NCBI GenBank assembly: GCA_046075565.1
Contig: JBJTQJ010000060.1
Coordinates: 1-38,199, forward strand
Length of the DNA stretch: 38,199 bases
Source: Verrucomicrobiales bacterium
GTDB taxonomy: Bacteria; Verrucomicrobiota; Verrucomicrobiia; Verrucomicrobiales; SLCJ01
Direction of reading: 5' to 3'
Shown here: one piece after another, positions 19,076-28,173 of the stretch
Layout: each line of letters begins with the position of its first letter
Numbering within the stretch: position 1 is the first letter of the stretch
Notes under the pieces: generated by a model
Databases searched by the model: none
Seen by the model: the letters and a program-made list of their open reading frames with translations, nothing else
Told to the model about the DNA's origin: nothing
Program-made: the position numbers and the translations under genes

Positions 19076-19759
19076 TTACCTCCAGCCTTTCACCGGAAGA
19101 AGGGCGCGGAAAACACGCGCCACCGCCGATCCCACCCCGCGCATTTCCCGGAGCGGCAGGCCTTTGCGCATCTGGTCAAAATCGGCCTCCTCGCCGCGAC
19201 GGATGAATCCGACGCTTTCCAACAAGCGCATCGCGCGGGCGGCCAATTTGTATTCCACCGCCAGCGTGCCGGCATTTCCTAACAAGAGGATGACACCCGA
19301 CAGCAACCACACGGAGAGCAATGGTTTCCAGAGCGTCGGCCGGAAGATCATCATGACCATTCCGGCCGCGATCAGGACGCCGACCGTGGGATGGAGCACG
19401 CGGGTGATGGAGCGCCGCTTTGCCAGAGCCGGTTGATCTTCCTCGGGGCATGTCGCTTCGGCCACGGCCAGCGCGGCCAAGCTCGTGGCGGCGATTGTCT
19501 TGCCATCATAAACGGAAGGGCCCAGCACAAGCTTCCGTCCCCGGGGGTCGTGGCGGGCCAATTCATGGGCACGCCCGCGTGTGATCACCGGCCGCGGCTC
19601 CGGAAACTTTTCCAGCAAAGCACGGGCGACCTCGTTGCCGGTGAGACCGCATCCAGCCGACTTGGAGCCCGGCCCGCGAAGCCTGCGATTCCACGCTTCC
19701 GCCGCCGAACGGAAGACGAGAAAATAGAGGGCAAAGCCTAGGACAAAGGGCCAGATCAT
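19076..19759 (-). CDS. Membrane zinc metallopeptidase-like protein (YugP/Zn_peptidase_2 family), lacking HExxH
   Basis: GLTGNEVARALL, HDPRGRKLVLGPSVYDGKTIAA and TLAVEY..ARAM follow the YugP pattern, but AALAVAEA stands where AAHExGHA is expected. Confidence 0.65.
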   Translation of the reverse strand: MIWPFVLGFALYFLVFRSAAEAWNRRLRGPGSKSAGCGLTGNEVARALLEKFPEPRPVITRGRAHELARHDPRGRKLVLGPSVYDGKTIAATSLAALAVAEATCPEEDQPALAKRRSITRVLHPTVGVLIAAGMVMMIFRPTLWKPLLSVWLLSGVILLLGNAGTLAVEYKLAARAMRLLESVGFIRRGEEADFDQMRKGLPLREMRGVGSAVARVFRALLPVKGWR

Positions 19760-19784
19760 GAAGAAAGAAAAGTGGACGCGGTCC

Positions 19785-20249
19785 TCAACCTTCCGCGATG
19801 ATGACCTCGTCGTCCACCTCGACGAGTTCGAAGAGCACGATCATGTCGTCGTTGCGCATCCGGATGCAGCCGTGGCTGACCGGTTGGCCAACCAAGTGCT
19901 CCTGGTTCGTGCCGTGGAAATAAATGTAGCGGTCCATGGTGTTGGCATTTTCCGGATCGAGACCGTCGAGTCGGAGAATGCGGCTGAGCACGAGGTCGCC
20001 CTCCACCACATCGCCCGGCTGCCAGAGGCCGGTGGGCCGGCGGGAGGTGAAAATCGTCCCGGGCGCTTCCCCGGTGCCGATTTTCTCCGAAATACGGAAC
20101 CGACCGGTGGGCGTGCAACCACTGTCGAACTCACAGCCCGCGCCATTGGCCGCCGTCGAAACCTGGAAAACCAGCGGCGAGTGGCCGGCGCGATCGAGCG
20201 CGACCTCCTGGCGGGCCATGGAGACGCGAAGGACACGGGAAGTTGTCAT
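19785..20249 (-). CDS. L,D-transpeptidase family (YkuD) protein
   Basis: VSTAANG; TPTGRFRI; YIYFHGTN...SHGCIRM catalytic His/Cys. Start uncertain (20249 chosen). Confidence 0.88.
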   Translation of the reverse strand: MTTSRVLRVSMARQEVALDRAGHSPLVFQVSTAANGAGCEFDSGCTPTGRFRISEKIGTGEAPGTIFTSRRPTGLWQPGDVVEGDLVLSRILRLDGLDPENANTMDRYIYFHGTNQEHLVGQPVSHGCIRMRNDDMIVLFELVEVDDEVIIAEG

Positions 20250-20381
20250 GCCCAACCGCATCCGCCCGATTCGCCCGTTTGTCCAGTTCCAATATGACTT
20301 GGCAGCAAGCGGGAGAGCCATTATCTTCCCCGCCCGCCTAACTGGCGGTTATCCACCCCCGAATCGCACCCCATTCCCATC

Positions 20382-21386
20382 ATGCCACACGTCGCTATCG
20401 TCGGAGCCACCGGAGCCGTCGGCGAGGAAATGCTCCTCTGCCTTGAACAACGCTCGTTTCCCGTGGAGAAACTTTCCCTGCTCGCTTCCGCGCGTTCCAA
20501 AGGTAAGAAGCGCGTCTTTCGCGGCGAAGAAATCACCATCGACGAGTTGACCCCAGATTCCTTCGCCGGCGTGGACATCGCCCTCTTCAGCGCGGGCGGT
20601 TCGATTAGCAAACAATTCGGCCCCATCGCCGCCGCCGCTGGAGCGGTGGTCATCGACAATTCCTCCACCTTCCGCATGGACCCGGAGATCCCGCTCGTTG
20701 TCCCCGAAATCAATGGCCCGGCCGCGCTCAACCATCCGAAAAACATCATCGCCAATCCGAACTGCACGACCATCGTCACGCTCATGGGCGTGGCACCATT
20801 ACACCGCGCCTTCGGATTGCGCTCGCTCATCGCCGCATCCTACCAAGCGGTTTCCGGCAGCGGCGCGCAGGGCATCTACGAATTGGAATCGCAGATGCGC
20901 CAGGCTGTGGCCAACGAACCAGTCGAAGCGAAAGTGTATTCGCGTCCCATTGTGTCGAATGTCATCCCGCTCATCGGTCCCATCGAAGCGAATGGCTACA
21001 CGCAGGAAGAAATGAAGCTGCAGAACGAAGGCCGCAAGATCCTCGGCCATCCGGATCTCAAGGCGTCCATCACCTGCGTGCGGGTGCCGGTCATGCGTTC
21101 CCACTCGGTGGTCGTGACTGCCGTTTTCGACCGCAAGGTTTCACCCGCCGAAGCGAGGGAAGTGCTGTCGAATTCCGCCGGTGTCGGCGTGCTTGATGAT
21201 CCCGCGAACCTTGTTTTCCCCACCCCGCTGGACACCACCAACAAGGACAACTGCCTCGTCGGCCGGATTCGGGAAAACCTCGTTCTCGAGAATGCCCTCG
21301 ACCTCTGGGTTGTCGGCGATCAAGTGCGCAAGGGCGCGGCGCTCAACGCCGTGCAGATTGCCGAGGTCCTCATCAAGAACCGTTGA
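20382..21386 (+). CDS. asd: Aspartate-semialdehyde dehydrogenase
   Basis: VAIVGATGAVG; VIDNSSTFRMD; IIANPNCTT; YQAVSGSG; DQVRKGAALNAVQIAE. Confidence 0.97.
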   Translation: MPHVAIVGATGAVGEEMLLCLEQRSFPVEKLSLLASARSKGKKRVFRGEEITIDELTPDSFAGVDIALFSAGGSISKQFGPIAAAAGAVVIDNSSTFRMDPEIPLVVPEINGPAALNHPKNIIANPNCTTIVTLMGVAPLHRAFGLRSLIAASYQAVSGSGAQGIYELESQMRQAVANEPVEAKVYSRPIVSNVIPLIGPIEANGYTQEEMKLQNEGRKILGHPDLKASITCVRVPVMRSHSVVVTAVFDRKVSPAEAREVLSNSAGVGVLDDPANLVFPTPLDTTNKDNCLVGRIRENLVLENALDLWVVGDQVRKGAALNAVQIAEVLIKNR

Positions 21387-21397
21387 TCCATTTACCC

Positions 21398-22297
21398 ATG
21401 GCTACCCGTCCGAACGAATTGGAAAAATTCCTCCGCCGCCACCGGCCCGCCATCGAGAAAGCCCTCGATCGCGTCCTCCCGAAGGCCTCGGCCAGCCCGT
21501 CTGTAGTGCACAAGGCGATGCGGCATTCCATTTTCGCCGGAGGCAAACGCCTGCGCCCGCTCCTCTTGCTTGCGGCCAACGAAGCCTGCGGTGGTGACAT
21601 CAAGAGTGCCCTGCCCCTCGCCGCCGCCGTCGAATGTATGCACACCTTCTCGCTCATCCACGACGATTTGCCCTGCATGGACGACGATGATCTGCGACGT
21701 GGTGTGCCGACCTGCCATGTCGTTTATGGAGAAGCGGTTGCTTTGTTAGCCGGCGACGCGCTCCATGCCCTCAGCTTCGAGATCGTGGCCGGTTCTCCCG
21801 GCACACGGCGTTATCCCGCCGCCGTGCTGGTCAAGGATCTCGCGTCTGCGGCCGGCAGCCGAAAACTCGTCGGCGGCCAGGTTCTTGATATGGAAGCCGA
21901 AGGACGCGAAAAAACCACCCTCGCCCAGCTCCGGCAAATCCACCTCGGCAAAACCGCCGCCCTGCTCACATCCTGCCTCCGCCTCGGGGCCATGGCCGCC
22001 AATGCCACGCCGAAGGATCTTGAAGCCCTCAGTGCCCATGGCCAACACCTCGGGCTTGCCTTCCAGGTCGTGGACGACATCCTCGATGTCACCCAATCCT
22101 CGGAAAAGCTCGGCAAGACGGCTGGCAAAGATGCCGCGGTTGGCAAAGCCACCTACCCGGCCGTGCTCGGACTTGAAAAAGCCCGCAAAGAAGCGGCACG
22201 CCTTACCTCCCTCGCCCTCGGCGCTCTCGACCCACTTGGAACCCGGGCTTCCACGCTGCGGGCCATCGCGGAGTATCTCCTGAAGAGGGAGTATTGA
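21398..22297 (+). CDS. ispA: Polyprenyl (farnesyl/geranylgeranyl) diphosphate synthase
   Basis: GGKRLRP; SLIHDDLPCMDDDDLRRG; KTAALL; FQVVDDILD; GKTAGKD..GKATYP. Confidence 0.9.
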   Translation: MATRPNELEKFLRRHRPAIEKALDRVLPKASASPSVVHKAMRHSIFAGGKRLRPLLLLAANEACGGDIKSALPLAAAVECMHTFSLIHDDLPCMDDDDLRRGVPTCHVVYGEAVALLAGDALHALSFEIVAGSPGTRRYPAAVLVKDLASAAGSRKLVGGQVLDMEAEGREKTTLAQLRQIHLGKTAALLTSCLRLGAMAANATPKDLEALSAHGQHLGLAFQVVDDILDVTQSSEKLGKTAGKDAAVGKATYPAVLGLEKARKEAARLTSLALGALDPLGTRASTLRAIAEYLLKREY

Positions 22298-22326
22298 GGT
22301 CGGCGGAAGCAACCCCGCCCTCCTGC

Positions 22327-22491
22327 GCTGGGAGAATTCCCAGAAGTCCGTTAGCCATCGGCGCTGTTGGATCGACCCTAAGCTCACCGCCGGAGGCTCT
22401 GGACTGCGGTGGTTCATCCACCGCTTTGAGGGAACTGCCGCCCCGCCCCAAAGGGCTGGGAAGAATCCCAGCAGTCCAGAGCCTGCGGCGC
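22327..22491. repeat. REP/REPIN cluster at the RAYT 3' end
   Basis: Degenerate REP-B 22327-22349; REP-A GGACTGCGGTGGTTCATCCACCGC 22401-22424; REP-B GCTGGGAAGAATCCCAGCAGTCC 22455-22477. Confidence 0.9.
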
Positions 22492-23037
22492 TCACGGTGC
22501 GAAGTCATCCAGGACATTCACGTTATCGATTTTGAACCGTCCCACGCTTTTCCGGAAACTTTCCGGGGCCGATTTCTCGAACCAACCCGCACTGCACCAT
22601 CGATATTCGGTAGCGACTCTGACCAAGCCGTGCTTCACCGGGTTCTCGTTGACATAGTGTAAACGTGCGAGCAGGGATGTTTGATGTGTGATCAGAGTGT
22701 CGCAAAAATTCATCCAAATCCTTCGGCCTTCAGTGCCTCCCAGCCGATTGATCTGGACAGCGGAGCTTCGATGAAACTCTCGCAGCCAGTCGCGGAGCGA
22801 TTCTCCGCCGCTTTGGGGAGAGTCTGCGAGAAAGTGGTAATGATTGGAAAAAACCGCCCATGCCCGCAATTGCCAGCCGAAACGCTCCGCCGTTTCGATA
22901 AGCAAGGAAGTGACGAAATCGAGTTTTTCGGGAGAGTCGAAAAATCGCTCCCGATGGTAAGTGGAGGCGGTTACGAAATAAGCACCATTTTGAAATAGCC
23001 AGTGGGGCGGTGCATGTGGCCATGGAGAGGATAGCAT
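22492..23037 (-). mobile_element. REP-associated tyrosine transposase (RAYT, Y1/HUH family)
   Basis: AYFVTASTY; WAVFSNHYH (HUH); IW..FCD; HYVNENPVKHGL (catalytic Tyr); YRWCS. Flanked on both sides by REP hairpins; no tnpB. Confidence 0.9.
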
Positions 23038-23082
23038 GGCGGCAATCATTAGCAAAAATGTCAATCTGTGGAAAGAAAATAC

Positions 23083-23340
23083 CGCCGAAGGCTCTGGACT
23101 GCGGTGGTTCCTCCACCGCTTTGTGAGTGGAGCCGCCTCTCCCCCAAGAGCTGGGAAGAATCCCAGCAGTCCAAAAGCCTGCGGCGCTTACGGAGCGAAG
23201 TCACCTAGGACATTCACTCCACTGATTCCCGATCGACCACAGACCACCGCCAGAGGCTCTGGACTGCGGTGGTTCCTCCACCGCCTTGAGAGTGGAGACA
23301 CCTCGCCCCGAGCCCCAGGAAAGTTCCCAGCAGTCCGAGA
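23083..23340. repeat. Two tandem REPIN units upstream of RAYT (165-bp period)
   Basis: REP-A at 23096-23119 and 23261-23284; REP-B at 23150-23172 and a degenerate copy at about 23313-23336. Confidence 0.9.
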
Positions 23341-23435
23341 GTGCGTCGCTTGGGCGTGGATCCCGCCTGATTTCCAGCCTTGGCTCCCAGAAACAAGTTG
23401 CGCAACCCTTGGTTCTGGCTTGGAATGTTTCCATC

Positions 23436-24839
23436 ATGGCCTATCTCGACGACAACTTCCTGCTCCATTCCCCGACTGCGGTCCGTTTGTTCCACGAAGT
23501 GGCGAAAGATCAGCCGATCATCGACTACCACTGCCACCTCTCGCCCCGCGAAATCGCCACCAATCACCGCTGGTCGGATCTTTCCGAGATCTGGCTCGGC
23601 GGCGACCATTATAAATGGCGGCTCCTGCGTGCCAATGGCGTGGATGAAGCCCTGATCACGGGCAGCGCCTCGCCCAGGGAAAAATTCCAAGCCTGGGCCG
23701 AGACCGTGCCATTCACCCTGCGCAATCCCATCCACCACTGGACCCACCTTGAGCTCCGCCGCTACTTTGGTATCGACCTCATGCTCTCCCCGGCCACTGC
23801 GGATGAAATCTGGGAACGCGCCAATGCCAAACTCGCGGAAAAGGATTTTTCCGTGCACGGCATATTGAAAAAATTCGATGTGCGTGTCGTCGGCACGACA
23901 GACGACCCCGCTGATTCGCTGGCCGATCACGAGGCTATCGCCGCCTCCGGTCTCGCCACCAAAGTGCTGCCGACCTTCCGTCCGGACAAAGCATTTCTCG
24001 TCGATCGTCCGGACTTGCTCAATCCATGGTTGGAGAAACTCGGCCAGGCCGCCGACACCGATATCTCGTCCTTCGAAAGTTTGCTTCAAGCCCTGAAGAT
24101 CCGCCACGATGATTTCCACGCACTGGGCGGGCGTTTGTCCGACCACGGATTCGACCGCCTTCCCGCCTTGCCCTGCACCAAGCAGGAAGCGACGGCCATA
24201 TTTGAAAAGGCCCGCGCTGGAAAAGCGGCCACGCCCGAGGAGAAGGAAAAGTTTTCGTTCCATCTCATGGTCTATTTCGGCGAACTCGATGCCGCGAAGG
24301 GCTGGACCAAACAACTCCACCTCGGCGCCGCCCGCGGGGTCAATTCGCGGATGGTCCGTGCTCTCGGTCCCGACACCGGATTCGATACCATCGGGGACGC
24401 CAGCCAAGGCGATAGCTTGATCAAGTATCTCGACGCCCTCGCCTCGCAATCTACCTTGCCCAAGATCGTGCTCTACAACCTCAACCCGAAGGACAACTAC
24501 TTCTTCGCGGCCTTAACCGGCGCTTTCCAAGACGGCACGGTCGCCGGCAAGATCCAATTCGGCTCCGGTTGGTGGTTCCTCGATCAAAAGCACGGCATGG
24601 AAATGCAGCTCGACGCGCTCTCATCGACCGGACTGCTCTCGCGTTTTGTCGGTATGCTCACCGATTCGCGTTCCTTCCTCTCGTTCCCGCGCCATGAGTA
24701 TTTCCGCCGCATCTGCTGCAACCTCATCGGCATGGAAACCGATCGCGGGGAGCTGCCCGATGATTTCGACGCTCTCGCCGAATTGACACGCGGCGTGTGT
24801 TACAGAAACGCGCGCGGTTTCTTCGGCTTCGATATCTGA
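23436..24839 (+). CDS. uxaC: Glucuronate (uronate) isomerase
   Basis: PIIDYHCHL; GDHYKWR; NPIHHWTHLELRRYF; TTDDP; PTFRPDK; GSGWWFLDQ; GMLTDSRSFLSFPRHEYFRR. Confidence 0.96.
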   Translation: MAYLDDNFLLHSPTAVRLFHEVAKDQPIIDYHCHLSPREIATNHRWSDLSEIWLGGDHYKWRLLRANGVDEALITGSASPREKFQAWAETVPFTLRNPIHHWTHLELRRYFGIDLMLSPATADEIWERANAKLAEKDFSVHGILKKFDVRVVGTTDDPADSLADHEAIAASGLATKVLPTFRPDKAFLVDRPDLLNPWLEKLGQAADTDISSFESLLQALKIRHDDFHALGGRLSDHGFDRLPALPCTKQEATAIFEKARAGKAATPEEKEKFSFHLMVYFGELDAAKGWTKQLHLGAARGVNSRMVRALGPDTGFDTIGDASQGDSLIKYLDALASQSTLPKIVLYNLNPKDNYFFAALTGAFQDGTVAGKIQFGSGWWFLDQKHGMEMQLDALSSTGLLSRFVGMLTDSRSFLSFPRHEYFRRICCNLIGMETDRGELPDDFDALAELTRGVCYRNARGFFGFDI

Positions 24840-24853
24840 AGAAAACGCCTTTC

Positions 24854-27550
24854 TCACACCAAACCGGCGAGGGCTCGTGCGGTGGCAAGGGTATCCGCTT
24901 CAGCGGGCGATTTGTCGCGGCGGATGGCCTTGATGCGGGGAAATCGCATGGCGAGGCCGGATGGGTGGCGTTTGCTCGGTTGAAGCCGGTCGCAAGCGAC
25001 TTCGAGCACGGTGTCCGGCACGACGACGCGGGCGCGTCCGGCTCGGCCAGTGGTTTGGCTTTCAAAATGGGCGGTCAACTCCTCGATCTCCAGGTCGGTG
25101 AGTCCGCTGTAGGCTTTGCCGATGATGCTCCACTCGCCGCTCTCGGTATCGCGCACGGCGAAAGTGTAATCACTGAGCACATGGGCGCGTTTGCCGTGGC
25201 CTTGTTCGGCGCGCACGACAACCACATCAAGGGTGATTTCCCCCATCTTGAGTTTGATCCAGCTTTTGCCGCGGCGTCCGGGTGTGTAAGGAGTATTCGG
25301 GTTTTTCGCCATGAGTCCTTCATTGCCCCGGGCACGCGCCTCGGTGAAGAGCCGGTCGATGGCAGCCGGGTCGCCAGCTCGGGAAACCGCCACCAGTTCC
25401 AGTCCGGGCGGCCAAACAAGCGACTCCAGCACGGCGCGGCGTTCAATCAATGGTTTGTCGATGAGGCTTTGTCCATCACACCATAGGCAGTCGAAAGCGA
25501 GGAATCGCACGGGCACGGTCGCACCGTGAAATAGGTCGCCCTGCTGGACTTTGCGACCCAAGCGTTTCTGCAGGTCCCGGAAGCCGAGGCGGCGTCCTTC
25601 GGCGCGGGCTATGATTTCACCATCGAGCACGACTCCGGTCGGGAGCAGTTGGGCCGCGGCGAGGATTTCCGGAAATTCGGAGGAAATGTCCCGGAGATCC
25701 CGCGAATAGAGAGCGGCGCGGCCATCGGCATGGTGGAGTTGGGCGCGGATGCCGTCGAATTTGTCCTCCAGCCAGATTTCCCCGCCGCCGAGCCGCTGGT
25801 GAACCGACGCGGCATCGGGCTCCGGACTGGCCAGCATGGCCTGCACTGGCACGAAGGGAACTAGCCCCGCTTCGTCGAGGAGACGGCGGCGGGCAAGGTC
25901 GGCCGTATCTCCGGCATCGCCGGTGAGCATGTGCGCACGGCGCACGGCCTCCGGTTCGGCATCAAAAGCAACGGCGATCGCCTCTTCCAACAGACCGGTT
26001 TGAATGCCGGCCCGGATTTGACCACTGAGGAGGCGGACCAGCCAGGCTCCTTCGAGCGAAGAGATATCCTTGAGAGTTTGGGCGAGGGCGAGCTGGCGGG
26101 AATCGGGGCCGGTGAGTCGTGACCAGGTTTCAAGGCGGGTGGCGATTTCTCCAATCGACAACAAAGATACCGTCCGGTCGGTGCTTTTCTCTTGAAGCAG
26201 GATGGCGGCGGTGCGTCCGAGGTCGCGTTGGGTAGCGGAGATGGCCCGGTAACGGACTTCGGGCAGGCCGGTGGCAGCGAGGAGCGCTCGGCGAAGGGTG
26301 GCCGAACCGAACTGGAGTTGGCCGGTGAGGCTGCCGAGGGGTTTGCCGGCAATAAAACGGGCGGCATGAGGGAGGTCGCCGGCTGGCAGGTCCCGCAATA
26401 ATTCGGCGAGCGCGTTCACCCGGGCCTTGTTGCCGGGCGCCTGGGCGACCATTTCCCCGGTCGCCGCCCAACGGGCGAAAGTCCCGCCATGAGTAGTCGG
26501 CTCGGCGGAAGGAACAACCCCTTCGGTGTCCGCATGCTCTGCATTGGACTCGAAAAGTTCGAGTTGGTCGGTGCCGCGACCGCTCCAAGCATCATGGCCG
26601 CGCGCCCGCAGGTCGCGGGAGAATTCGGCCTCGAAGCCGTGGGTGACAACGACTCTCGCCGGTTGGACGCGGGCGATGGTTTCGAGCAATTCCGGGTAGT
26701 CGGCGTGGTCGGAGATTGGCAGCGCCTCGTCACATTGGTAACGGAAGCGGGCGGCCGGATCGAGCGCCCAACCGGTCAACACGAGCACCCTTTTCCGCCG
26801 CAAACGGCGCACCGCCAGCGAACGAACAGCATTGGGAGGGATGACCAAGATGTGCCCGGTGGGATCGGTGTCTTTGGTGAATGGCCGGGCCTCGGGCAAC
26901 GGCGCGGGGCAATGGCGGCGGACCACGTCGTCCATTTCAAGGATGGAAGGATGCGCGAGCACGGGCAGACCGAGCGGCTGGATGCGGGCGAGAATTTCCG
27001 TGGCCTTTCCGAGCGAGTAACCGACAAGGACCGGCACATGATTTTCCTCCAGCGCGTCGAGAGCAAAGGCGCGCACCCGTTCCCAGAGGCCGTCGGCACG
27101 CGGAAAGACGTAGGACGGGCGCCCAAAGGTGCATTCGGTGAGCAGAAGACCGGCGGCTTTGAGTTGGGCTGGTTCGGCGGTAAGGGACGGGCGGAGTTTG
27201 AAGTCACCGGTGTAGAGCATGCTGGCCCCGTCGGAGAGCCGTGTAACGTGCAGCATGGCCGACCCGAGGATATGCCCGGCGGGCAGGAGTTCGAGACGGT
27301 GGCCACTTTCCTCCCATGGCTGGGAAAATGGCCGGGGATCGAGGCTTGCGGCCGCCTGACGGTAACGGGCAGCCAGCAGGTCCGCGGTGGGAATCGAGCA
27401 CAGAATCGACCGGTGGCGGGCAAAATGGTCGCTGTGGGCGTGGGACACAAAGGCCCTCCCCCGGCTCCTATGGGGATCAAGCCAGAGATCCAAGCCGGGC
27501 AGGTGCCAGCCGGTCGAATTCTCGGGGATCAGGGGCAAGGTGGAAACCAT
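24854..27550 (-). CDS. Fusion of MBL/beta-CASP-type exonuclease and ATP-dependent DNA ligase
   Basis: N-terminal SHAHSDH, AGHILGS, YTGD, ECTFG, ISDHAD and THG. C-terminal EDKFDGIR (adenylated Lys), LDGEI, FDCL, EGLMAK, WIKLK and LAMRFPRI. Confidence 0.92.
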   Translation of the reverse strand: MVSTLPLIPENSTGWHLPGLDLWLDPHRSRGRAFVSHAHSDHFARHRSILCSIPTADLLAARYRQAAASLDPRPFSQPWEESGHRLELLPAGHILGSAMLHVTRLSDGASMLYTGDFKLRPSLTAEPAQLKAAGLLLTECTFGRPSYVFPRADGLWERVRAFALDALEENHVPVLVGYSLGKATEILARIQPLGLPVLAHPSILEMDDVVRRHCPAPLPEARPFTKDTDPTGHILVIPPNAVRSLAVRRLRRKRVLVLTGWALDPAARFRYQCDEALPISDHADYPELLETIARVQPARVVVTHGFEAEFSRDLRARGHDAWSGRGTDQLELFESNAEHADTEGVVPSAEPTTHGGTFARWAATGEMVAQAPGNKARVNALAELLRDLPAGDLPHAARFIAGKPLGSLTGQLQFGSATLRRALLAATGLPEVRYRAISATQRDLGRTAAILLQEKSTDRTVSLLSIGEIATRLETWSRLTGPDSRQLALAQTLKDISSLEGAWLVRLLSGQIRAGIQTGLLEEAIAVAFDAEPEAVRRAHMLTGDAGDTADLARRRLLDEAGLVPFVPVQAMLASPEPDAASVHQRLGGGEIWLEDKFDGIRAQLHHADGRAALYSRDLRDISSEFPEILAAAQLLPTGVVLDGEIIARAEGRRLGFRDLQKRLGRKVQQGDLFHGATVPVRFLAFDCLWCDGQSLIDKPLIERRAVLESLVWPPGLELVAVSRAGDPAAIDRLFTEARARGNEGLMAKNPNTPYTPGRRGKSWIKLKMGEITLDVVVVRAEQGHGKRAHVLSDYTFAVRDTESGEWSIIGKAYSGLTDLEIEELTAHFESQTTGRAGRARVVVPDTVLEVACDRLQPSKRHPSGLAMRFPRIKAIRRDKSPAEADTLATARALAGLV

Positions 27551-27636
27551 GGACGAAAAATATACGCCGGAAGAGCAGTTTCTGAACGGGCGAGGTTGAC
27601 TTGTGGGCCTTCAAGTGCTTCATAAAGGAGATATTC

Positions 27637-28113
27637 ATGAACACACGCCACATTCTCCGCGCCGGTGCCCTCGCCCTTGCCTTCGCCATGGTCTCATGCG
27701 CCGGGGGCGGAGCCGATACCGCCATCCGCAAGGTCCAGATTTTCCACCTGAAATCGCTGAAGCCCGCCGATTCGAAAGACTATTTGATTTCATCTGAAAC
27801 CAAGAAGCGGATGTGGGGCGCGATCAGCAATAAGGAACGCCTTGATCGCATGGGGAACTACTACACCGTGCATTGGAAAACCAGTGATGTTGCAACACCG
27901 GCGGTGGCGCGGTTCGAATATCGCCAAGCGAACACCGGCAGCAAATTGTTCACTCAGGAGCAGACCGTCGGAACACCATCGCGCTCGAACAAGACGGAAT
28001 TCACCGTCACGGGCGATGCCTACCATACCCAAGGCCGGGTGGTCGCATGGCGCGTGCAGGTATTGCAAGGCGGTCAGGTGATCGGCGAAGAAACATCTTT
28101 TCTTTGGGATTGA
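27637..28113 (+). CDS. Hypothetical lipoprotein
   Basis: AAGGAG RBS before ATG 27637; signal peptide with lipobox MVS-C; beta-rich C-terminus. Confidence 0.75.
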   Translation: MNTRHILRAGALALAFAMVSCAGGGADTAIRKVQIFHLKSLKPADSKDYLISSETKKRMWGAISNKERLDRMGNYYTVHWKTSDVATPAVARFEYRQANTGSKLFTQEQTVGTPSRSNKTEFTVTGDAYHTQGRVVAWRVQVLQGGQVIGEETSFLWD

Positions 28114-28173
28114 GCGTATAGCCGCCTGAAGATGCGCGGAATCGCCCCGCGCCCGAGTAATCCCTGAACCACC

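Noticed and set aside
22492-23037. IS200/IS605 insertion sequence
   Set aside because: No tnpB; multiple REP doublets on both sides plus a distant copy; the NPVKHGL/YRWCS C-terminus fits RAYT better.
22327-23340. Repeated palindromes as a CRISPR array
   Set aside because: The repeats alternate in type and orientation, the spacers resemble each other, there are no cas genes, and a RAYT lies in the middle.
23036-23435. ORF 23036-23614 and the N-terminal extension of uxaC from 23286
   Set aside because: They are translations of REPIN DNA; UxaC homology starts at MAYLDDNFLL (23436).
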